Positions 21,451-29,317 of a DNA stretch of 64,000 nucleotides are shown piece by piece. Position 1 is the first letter of the stretch. Each line of letters begins with the position of its first letter. A program made the position numbers and the translations under genes. Location of the stretch: assembly GCA_965215885.1 (NCBI GenBank), contig CBDCEW010000085.1:15741-79740 (forward strand). The letters run 5' to 3'. The notes beneath the pieces are model-generated. The model was not told the origin of the DNA. It saw only the letters and a list, made by a program, of their open reading frames with translations, and did not search any database. The stretch comes from Candidatus Moanibacter sp. (GTDB lineage: Bacteria > Verrucomicrobiota > Verrucomicrobiia > Opitutales > UBA2987).

Positions 21451-22527
21451 ATGGCCTCCTACGAACATCAACTGAAGAACGCTCTCTTGAACGAGGCCAG
21501 GTTGCTCGACTTCGAAGTCTGCGGAGTCGCGTCAGTCAGGCCGAACCTTCGACGAGAGTATTATCTCAAATGGATAGCGGATGGCCAACAGGGAGATATG
21601 GCGTGGATGGAGAAGAACAGCGAACGGAGACTCAACCCCGACCGGATCCTTCCCGAAGCAAAGAGCATCATCTGCCTGGGTCTCAATTACTATCAGCCGG
21701 AACCCCGCCGCCGTGGCCGCATCGCAAAATACGCCCTTGGTTTCGACTACCACGATATCATGATGAAGAAGCTGAAACAGCTCTGCCATTGGCTCAGGGA
21801 CCAGGGGGGGGAGAACAAACCCTATGTAGACACGGGCCCGGTCTTGGAGAAACCGATCGCGGTAGAAGCCGGTCTCGGGTGGCAGGCCAAGAGCACGATG
21901 CTTATCCACACTCGGCTCGGAACCTGGCTCTTTCTCGGGGAGATTTTCACAACTCTGAAATTTCCCCCGGATGAACCTGTTAACGATCACTGCGGTAAGT
22001 GCACCGCCTGTATCGATATCTGCCCGACACGTGCTATCACAGCACCCTATACCCTCGACGCACGTAAATGCATAGCCTATTTGACAATCGAACACAAGGG
22101 GCCCATCCCGGAAGAGTTTCGAGAGGCGATCGGCGATAGGGTGTTCGGCTGCGACGAGTGCCTCGACGTCTGCCCCTGGAACCGTTGGGCAAAAGAATCA
22201 CGTGAATCAAAATTCCATGCACGCACCTATCCCGACCTTAGGGAGATGCTCGAATGGAGTGACGCCGATTTTCGCGCCTACTTCGGAAAGACGCCGATCT
22301 ATCGGCTGAAACGCCCACGTTGGCTCCGAAACGTCGCGGTCGCCCTCGGCAACATCGGAATCGCGGAAGATCTTCCCGCCCTCCAGACGGCGGCGGAAGA
22401 TCCCGATCCCCTCATCGCCGAACACGCCGCCTGGGCAGTTGTGCAGATCAGGAAAAGGTTGCATGCAAAGGCGAACCTTCCCACCGCGACTTCAGGACTG
22501 TCGGACCGCGCTTGTCGAAGACCCTGA
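21451..22527 (+). CDS. queG: Epoxyqueuosine reductase
   Basis: YALGFDYH, VDTGPVLEK, CGKCTACIDICPT, DARKCIAYLTIE, FGCDECLDVCPWN. Confidence 0.95.
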   Translation: MASYEHQLKNALLNEARLLDFEVCGVASVRPNLRREYYLKWIADGQQGDMAWMEKNSERRLNPDRILPEAKSIICLGLNYYQPEPRRRGRIAKYALGFDYHDIMMKKLKQLCHWLRDQGGENKPYVDTGPVLEKPIAVEAGLGWQAKSTMLIHTRLGTWLFLGEIFTTLKFPPDEPVNDHCGKCTACIDICPTRAITAPYTLDARKCIAYLTIEHKGPIPEEFREAIGDRVFGCDECLDVCPWNRWAKESRESKFHARTYPDLREMLEWSDADFRAYFGKTPIYRLKRPRWLRNVAVALGNIGIAEDLPALQTAAEDPDPLIAEHAAWAVVQIRKRLHAKANLPTATSGLSDRACRRP

Positions 22528-22553
22528 GCCTGCTTGCCCCGTCCCGCTCAGCG

Positions 22554-23126
22554 CATTGGCGTCAACTTTAGACGCCAGACATTGAACCACAGGCACTAAA
22601 CCAATTGACAGAACGTCTAATGTGGCGAGTCCGAATTCGGGTTTCTCGCATTCGGAAATCCCCCGGCCTCGCGCCGGGGATTCTTAGGTTCCCGGCTACA
22701 ATGCCTGGGCCCTCCTTTGGAAGATCCTCCGGGCTTGACCCGGAGAGCCTCAGGTTTCCCGCTCGTTCGCTTCCTGTTTCCCATAGGCTTTGCCATCGGG
22801 TGAAGTTCCTAAGCAGCTTATGCTCAATAAGATGTGCTTGACTCGATGGTAGTAGCGAAGAAACCTAACAATCCCCGGCGCGAGGCCGGGGGATTCCTTG
22901 ATGTACTCTGTTAAATGCTCTAGCCCGAATCCTCAACTGACCCCACGGCAAGCGTGGGGAATGGAAAACAACCACAATGGTGAACCGATGAGAACGGCCC
23001 TGCCAGGATTTCAGGCTGTTGCATTTGAGGCGCATAGTAAGACAGAAGACCGATTCGCCGGTGGCATTAATTATCATTCAACTAACTGATTATTAGCATA
23101 TTATGAAAGTTAGGTTGACGCGTATG
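22554..23126. mobile_element. Non-autonomous IS4/IS231-type element with CAT termini, carrying IS200/IS605-like hairpin modules
   Basis: Ends CATTGGCGTCAACTT / AGGTTGACGCGTATG; flanking 9-bp repeats CGCTCAGCG / CGCTCCGCG; internal ~36-bp inverted pair at 22655-22690 and 22862-22897. Confidence 0.6.
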
Positions 23127-23191
23127 CGCTCCGCGGGAGTAGCGACGAAGGGTCGAACTTCAGACCTCACTATATTGCCCCTCTAAAGGCA

Positions 23192-25417
23192 CTATGCAAT
23201 CGCAAGTTTAAATCCCGATTTTTTGCCCAGTCGGAAGATGATTCTTCGGCCTGAACCGTCGGGCATCAGTAAGGGCTTCTCATTGAGAGTTTGCAGATAC
23301 TCAAGCACCACCGCCTGCACCCGAGGGGGATAAGTTGCGGTGGGGAATAAATGCGCTTCGACCGCACAGCCCCTCTCTATAAGAACGCCGTCACTGTGAG
23401 TCAAATTGCGAAACAGATCGTGGTCGTCACGATAGTTGTTGTAGCGAGCTTTAAAGGGTTCGAGCTGCTTGTAGAAGCTGTTACGGGCGAAGATTTTCAA
23501 GGCATCCATGAGGGACTTGTTAGCGGTGTCCAGGCGGACATAGTTTTCATCAATGAGGCGCTGCAGCCTCGAGCATTCGGTGTCGATTTGCTCCAGTTCG
23601 AGTTGGAGGGCTTTGAGGGCCTGATCGAGTCGACGGATCTTTTCGCCCCTTGAGGCGCTTTTGCCCGGGTGGGCATGCTCGGCCAGGAGCAGTCTTTTCA
23701 ATTCTTCGGTGCATTGCTGTTTTTGCTTCAGGAGGGCTTTGGCGGCACCGCTTTTCTCCTGCTTGTCCTCAAGGTGTTGGGCTAATCGCTTGTAGTGGAC
23801 GGTGCGATAAGAGGTGATCTGATTAATCCCAAAGTGCTTATCGAGGTATTTGAAGTCATTCTCCTGAATCCAGCGACTGAACATCCCTTTGATTACCTCT
23901 TCATTTCGGGCCTGCTGATCGGTCGCCAGGATGCTCACGGTAATGGTTCGATTTTTTGGATTGGTCGCCTCCACGATCCACTGCACCAGTTGAGGATTTT
24001 TCTTCCAGGGGCCCCGCTGATAGCGAAGATGATACTCCTGGAGATCTTCGGCATGGTTGCGCGCGCGCTGCAGGCGCAACTGCCCGTCGATCCGTTGGAG
24101 GGGCTGGGCGCTGGCCTTGTAACCTTTTTCCCAGGTAATGATTTCGAGTTGAGGATGCTCCACGATGGCTTCGTAAAACCACTCCGCGGCGATCGCCCGG
24201 TCCACGTAAATGCTCACCTTCTTATCAGCCGGCAACTGCACCAGCTCGAGCATCGCTTCGCAGTTGGGGATAAACCGTTCCCTTATATCCTCATAGTTGT
24301 CGGTACTCGCAAAATAGATCGGATAGCCCTTGAGGGTATGAATAAAATCGCTGTGGAGCGCTTTGTCGGCCAGACGGATACCCGGACACCATCCCGCCAG
24401 CACCTTGCTCATTCCGGTGTAATGTTTGGTGTGCGGATCATAATAAAAGCTCTCTTCATCCGAAGCATTCAGGCCCCTCGCGTTCACTCTGAGGATCTCT
24501 CTTAAAAGCCCTTCATCGGCCAGGGCGCTAAGGCTTTGGCGTTGCAGATAGGGGGTATACAGGACTCGCCCGATGAGTTTTTGCAGGTCTTCGAGATCGA
24601 GCAGTTTGCTCTGCTCGATATTGACCGCGGCCAACAACCCGCAAGCCACCCATTGTTTCAAAAGCCAGCCCTCTTCGCGATCAATCTGAGCGACTTCTCT
24701 GAGCGCGGCACTGAACAGAAGTACTCCCAGGTGCCGATACCATTGCACCGCTTCGGAGCTCTCCCTCGAAAAATCGGGAGACCCCTTGCGATTGTCCCCT
24801 TCGCTTTCGGGGCTATTTTCTGCTTCTTGCTCCTGTTCGTCCCTCCCCGAGTCCTCCGGGCAATCCCAGGGAGTCTCCCGATTTTGCGCCCTCTCGGCTT
24901 CGGCCTCCTTTGCCCGGGCCTCTTTAAGCTCCTTAAAGACAGGGCGCAAAGTTTCCCCACTGAGGTTAACTCCGAACACCTCCTCGATCTCCCCCCGTAT
25001 CTTCTTGCTGTAGCCATACCGACTCTCCCCATAGATCTGCCCGAAGCGCACCCGCACAAAACTCCGGATTTCCCTCGTCAATTTGCGATGAGCGCTGCGT
25101 CCCGCCAGCACTCGCGCTAAGGTCTCGGCATCTCCGCTTTGAAGCGCCTCCCCCCACCGCTTCATCGTTTTGGGGTCAACCTCAAATTGCTTCTCTAAGC
25201 GCCCTTTCTTCAACCCCGCATTGTAGAGGCGCCCCACCAATAGCTTGAATTCAACTTGCTCCCGATCGTCCTCTACGACTTCAAAAAGCTCATGCCCGTA
25301 ATAGACGTGCAGTTTGCCTTCGCTCAGATCCCGATAGACCGTGATCGAGGGATTACCCTTGTCCACTCCAAGGATGCACTGTAAGAAGGTCTCTTCTTTG
25401 ACGGTAGGTTTCTCCAT
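23192..25417 (-). CDS. Putative transposase, 741 aa
   Basis: N-terminal HTH-like segment; candidate catalytic YYDPH, YVDRA and FSRWIQENDFKY (IS4-superfamily-like R-W-x-x-E); inside TIRs; duplicated in the window. Confidence 0.75.
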   Translation of the reverse strand: MEKPTVKEETFLQCILGVDKGNPSITVYRDLSEGKLHVYYGHELFEVVEDDREQVEFKLLVGRLYNAGLKKGRLEKQFEVDPKTMKRWGEALQSGDAETLARVLAGRSAHRKLTREIRSFVRVRFGQIYGESRYGYSKKIRGEIEEVFGVNLSGETLRPVFKELKEARAKEAEAERAQNRETPWDCPEDSGRDEQEQEAENSPESEGDNRKGSPDFSRESSEAVQWYRHLGVLLFSAALREVAQIDREEGWLLKQWVACGLLAAVNIEQSKLLDLEDLQKLIGRVLYTPYLQRQSLSALADEGLLREILRVNARGLNASDEESFYYDPHTKHYTGMSKVLAGWCPGIRLADKALHSDFIHTLKGYPIYFASTDNYEDIRERFIPNCEAMLELVQLPADKKVSIYVDRAIAAEWFYEAIVEHPQLEIITWEKGYKASAQPLQRIDGQLRLQRARNHAEDLQEYHLRYQRGPWKKNPQLVQWIVEATNPKNRTITVSILATDQQARNEEVIKGMFSRWIQENDFKYLDKHFGINQITSYRTVHYKRLAQHLEDKQEKSGAAKALLKQKQQCTEELKRLLLAEHAHPGKSASRGEKIRRLDQALKALQLELEQIDTECSRLQRLIDENYVRLDTANKSLMDALKIFARNSFYKQLEPFKARYNNYRDDHDLFRNLTHSDGVLIERGCAVEAHLFPTATYPPRVQAVVLEYLQTLNEKPLLMPDGSGRRIIFRLGKKSGFKLAIA

Positions 25418-25484
25418 TTTTCTTCGAATTTGATGGTTCGAAGATGAAGCCTACCGTCACATTCTGTTTTCTTTAGCTCTTAAA

Positions 25485-25613
25485 GATCCTCGGGGCAAGC
25501 CCCGAGGCATTTGATATTAGACTTTATGAATTAGAAACGAAGCAAGCTTCGGGGAATTAAACCCGCTCACCCGGTAATAGCGATGCCGATCCGCCTTCAC
25601 CGCAGCGATTAAA
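25485..25613. mobile_element. 129-bp palindrome-associated mini-element (IS200/IS605 PATE-like) inserted in the IS left end
   Basis: Hairpins CCTCGGGGCAAGCCCCGAGG and GAAGCAAGCTTC; absent from the sister copy near 58345; flanked by TTAAA on both sides. Confidence 0.8.
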
Positions 25614-25784
25614 AGCCGGGAATTGTATCTGCGATTGCCCCCTGCCCGCCAACCCGCATGATAGCGAGTTCTGAAATTCACTGCCGTACGTCAGGAAAGT
25701 TTCACATTAGTCGCGCCCCCGGCCACGCTGGCGCTTGCCGGATCAAACGGGTGTGAAACTTTCGGCCGTGTCTCCCGCCACTCG

Positions 25785-25962
25785 AGACCTCCTCCTCGTT
25801 CTCGATTCCTCGCTCCTCTCAGATGCTCAAAATACAAAGTTGACGCTCGATCAAAGTGAATCGGAGAGTGGTACGAGTGATTTCTCGGATAGATCGTTCG
25901 ATAAAGATCGCTGCGCTCCGAGGACGAGGACGATATCTAATCCGCCAACTGGCAATTTTCCC
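25785..25962 (+). repeat. Dispersed repeat with GAGGACGAG REP ends (copy at about 36730-36892)
   Basis: CTCGATCAAAGTGAATCGGAGAGTGG...GATCGTTCGATAAAGATCGCT shared by both copies. Confidence 0.85.
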
Positions 25963-26019
25963 ACTCGAAAACACCTAGAATTATGGCCCGAAAACCCCCA
26001 TCTACATTGAAGTCTCGAG

Positions 26020-27138
26020 TCAGCGGGACTCTACGACCGGTGCTGGGACCACTCCCTCCTCGACTCTTGTCCGTCGAATTAGAATCCGCGAAACCAAAAC
26101 CGTTAATAACAATCCAACTGCGAGAACACCCACTGGCTCCAAGCTGCTGTGAGACCAAATATAACCCGGAGTCGCCTTAACCACAATCCCCCAATCGTGA
26201 CCTGCGTGGGCGACCTTCTCTTTAATACTCAACCCTTTCAGGGCAGCAGCCGCTTCCCCAAATGAAGCAAATGATACCCGCGGCTCCCATTCTATAACCT
26301 CGACAAAGAGAAACGGCTGTTTATTCCTGTCCATCAAGTCGTAAAACCATAACTGAATATCATCCAGGGCGACAAACTCCAGCGCCGACAGAACCATGTC
26401 TCCAGATCGATACGCACCTTCCAGATAGCCCAACAGTTGCTCTTGGCGCTGTTCTTTCGTATGGGGTGTAGAGCCGCCCGAATAGATGGGAGTGAGCAGT
26501 GTGTAGGAATTCTGCAAGCCCGCCTCCTGTTTGAGACGGAATGGCAGGGAGATAACTACCTCCCCGGAATCGCGAGCTCTCTCCAAAGCGTTGTGCTGCC
26601 TCTCATTCGAGCTGATATCCAATCCGAGGGCGGATCTGTTTCCTTCGATCGGTTCGGTAAAGAGAATGGGAAAATACTCTTTGCGAAGGGCCGCCCGGCT
26701 GTGGGTTCGTATACGTCCCTCATCGAGGAACTGAAAATCTGGAGAGTACTCTCTTCGCCCGAATGCTTCCCAACTTTCGCGCTCTTCGTGGCTAATCCGT
26801 GGCACCCAATTCATAGCTGCCAATCCCGTATTGGCTTTTACGATCGGACCTGCAACTTCCTTGAACACCTCACGACCAAAAGGAAGGCTCTGCCCCAAAA
26901 GTACAGCTGCCGTTTCAAGTTCCCTTACATTATTTCTAGCGGCCTCTCCAAGCGCCACCACTACCACTGCCGCTGTGCCTTCGAACTCATCACGGATCTT
27001 CAAATACTCTCTGCCCCACAAGACTGCGAAGGCGACTATAGACAGGCCTAACCCTACACATCCGCACGAGCAGATGCAAAAGATACACTTCTTGCTTCGC
27101 CCCTTCTTCGGTCCCGTCTCTTCAGTTTCACTACTCAT
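26020..27138 (-). CDS. CHASE-domain membrane protein without a cytoplasmic output domain
   Basis: WVPRI...ERE, YFPILFTEP..GN..ALGLD, ALERARDSG...S.PF.LKQE between two TMs. Confidence 0.82.
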   Translation of the reverse strand: MSSETEETGPKKGRSKKCIFCICSCGCVGLGLSIVAFAVLWGREYLKIRDEFEGTAAVVVVALGEAARNNVRELETAAVLLGQSLPFGREVFKEVAGPIVKANTGLAAMNWVPRISHEERESWEAFGRREYSPDFQFLDEGRIRTHSRAALRKEYFPILFTEPIEGNRSALGLDISSNERQHNALERARDSGEVVISLPFRLKQEAGLQNSYTLLTPIYSGGSTPHTKEQRQEQLLGYLEGAYRSGDMVLSALEFVALDDIQLWFYDLMDRNKQPFLFVEVIEWEPRVSFASFGEAAAALKGLSIKEKVAHAGHDWGIVVKATPGYIWSHSSLEPVGVLAVGLLLTVLVSRILIRRTRVEEGVVPAPVVESR

Positions 27139-27203
27139 TAGTCCGCTTTCCCCACGAATATTCGAAGCTCTTTGAACAACAGAACGGTTCTACCTTCGCC
27201 ATA

Positions 27204-29228
27204 TTAACGAAACCGTTTCAGAAAAGCATCCATCATGGTATAGAGCTCTATCTGGTTTTCAACCTTGCGAAAACCATGTCCTTCGTCTTTTTTCACCAAC
27301 CAGACAAAATCCTTTCCCCTCTTTCTCAGCTCCCGGCGGAGCACCTTCGCATGATCGATGGGGACTCGCGGATCTTGACTGCCGTGTACGATGAATATCG
27401 GTGCTTGGATCCTCTCGATGTAATTAATGGGAGAGAAGCGCGCCAGGAGATCCCTGTCATTTTCGGGATGTCCAATCGTTCGGCAATAAAAACCGTAGAC
27501 CATCTCCTGTTTCCATTTTCTCCTCCAGTTGATCAGCTCTATGAGATCGACTGGGCCAAATGCGCTGATACCAAACTTATAGATCTCCGGGAATTTCGTA
27601 AGCTGCGCTAATGCGGCATACCCGCCGTAGCTGGATCCATAGATCCCAATAGAATTTGGGTCGGCGATTCCTCGTTCCGTTGCCCATTTCACTCCATCGA
27701 CAAGATCAGTCTGCATATTCGAGCCCCATAGTTTGTCACCGGCATGGAGGAAAGCCCACCCATATCCCAACGATGAACGGAAATCTATCTGAAGGACGGC
27801 AAATCCCCGATTGGCGAGAAACTGCACCACGGGATTATATCCCCATGAATCACGCACCCACGGGCCTCCATGCGGGTGAACAATAAGCGGTAGGTTGCGG
27901 GGTTCCTGATCTGTTGGAAGGGTTAGATAGCCATGCAAGGGTGTTCCATCTCGAGCTTCAAAGCGGATCGGCCTCATCTCTCCCAGCATGGAGGTCTCGA
28001 TGACCCGGTTGTCGGCGAGAATCTCCAGATTCAACTCACCCTTATCGATACTGAGTAATGAATAAACCACGGGGTGGCGATCGGAGTAGCTCGCTACCAC
28101 CATTTTTGTATGATCATCACTCGTGTTTACGACTCGACTGTGGAACCCTGGAAACTTCCTCTCCAGATACGCCTGAATAATCCGCTTCTCCTCATCAAAC
28201 CAGAAGACTTCGGGCTTTTCGGTTTCGTAATATACACCAAGTGGTCTCTCCAAAAAGTCCGATAGTTGGAGGTCGACGACATCATGTGAGGGAGTCTGGA
28301 AAAGCATTCGCCCCATCTCTTTCGCTTGCGGGTCAAATTCGAAAATTGCCGATACCGTTCGCCCGATTTCGCTCGCCACATACAGTTTCAAGTGATCATA
28401 GCTGAACGGTTGGGGAGGAGGGACCAGGATCGGCATCTGGTCAAATTCGGGAGGTCCAACCGGGCGCCACTTCGCCTTTCCAAAAGGGAAATAGGCAATT
28501 TCACCCCAATCCTTCTTCCCTTTCTCGCGAAAATAATACGTCACTCCACCATCATGATCCCTCGCCTCGCCCAAACGAACTTCGCCATCCTGATCTGTGC
28601 GCCACCCCGTAAAATTGCCCGGATTTCTAACCGCTAAACGTCTCACGCCATTGTTGATATTCATCCGATACACATCGGGATAATCGACCCGCCTCTCGTT
28701 ATTCAGAATTAAGATCTCATCGGGATGGTCTCTGAGCAGATCCAGCGGTCGCGAGTAGCGAAATACAAAGCTACCGGTGCTTCCCAGAGGTGGAACGAGT
28801 GTTCGAAGATTCGAGCCATCACGATTAACGGCGAAAAGTCCCCATGACTCATTGCCATTCTGATCCATGGTAAACAATATCCGTTCTTTGCTCGCCCACA
28901 GATAGTGGTTTATGGTCTGGTCGGTTGTCGCCGTTATCCGGGTGGAAGTGCCCAACTTCAGGTCGATGACGTAGAGATTCATTCCGTCCTTCCAACTCCC
29001 GAGGGCCGAAAGATATTCTCCACTCGGGGAAATCCGAAACCGGGTAAACCCAGGACTGCGGAAAAAAGACTCCACCGGTATCTCTTCCGCCTGTGCCACA
29101 AGAGCGGCGACCAAACCAATCAGAAAAAAGAGAGCTCGGAGGATTCTTATTACTCCAATTTGCAAATACGATGAGGTGTGTGGGAGCGAGTCGTGCACGG
29201 TCGACCGCAGGTCACGATTGAGAGTCAC
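27204..29228 (-). CDS. S9 family (prolyl oligopeptidase/DPP-like) peptidase
   Basis: HGGPW, GSSYGGY, HGSQDPRV, EGHGF; start uncertain. Confidence 0.92.
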   Translation of the reverse strand: MTLNRDLRSTVHDSLPHTSSYLQIGVIRILRALFFLIGLVAALVAQAEEIPVESFFRSPGFTRFRISPSGEYLSALGSWKDGMNLYVIDLKLGTSTRITATTDQTINHYLWASKERILFTMDQNGNESWGLFAVNRDGSNLRTLVPPLGSTGSFVFRYSRPLDLLRDHPDEILILNNERRVDYPDVYRMNINNGVRRLAVRNPGNFTGWRTDQDGEVRLGEARDHDGGVTYYFREKGKKDWGEIAYFPFGKAKWRPVGPPEFDQMPILVPPPQPFSYDHLKLYVASEIGRTVSAIFEFDPQAKEMGRMLFQTPSHDVVDLQLSDFLERPLGVYYETEKPEVFWFDEEKRIIQAYLERKFPGFHSRVVNTSDDHTKMVVASYSDRHPVVYSLLSIDKGELNLEILADNRVIETSMLGEMRPIRFEARDGTPLHGYLTLPTDQEPRNLPLIVHPHGGPWVRDSWGYNPVVQFLANRGFAVLQIDFRSSLGYGWAFLHAGDKLWGSNMQTDLVDGVKWATERGIADPNSIGIYGSSYGGYAALAQLTKFPEIYKFGISAFGPVDLIELINWRRKWKQEMVYGFYCRTIGHPENDRDLLARFSPINYIERIQAPIFIVHGSQDPRVPIDHAKVLRRELRKRGKDFVWLVKKDEGHGFRKVENQIELYTMMDAFLKRFR

Positions 29229-29317
29229 GATTAAAAGAGAGTAACCCCATGAAAACTTCCCGTCGTGATCATAATCGTAATCTGAATTCGAAAGAGGTGC
29301 ATCTACATGCTGGCGGG

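Larger units (their letters stand above)
23159..25675 (-). mobile_element. IS element with a large DDE-type transposase
   Basis: Imperfect TIRs TTCAGACCTCACTAT / ATAGCGAGTTCTGAA (13/15 match); partial second copy at 58281-59540. Confidence 0.8.
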
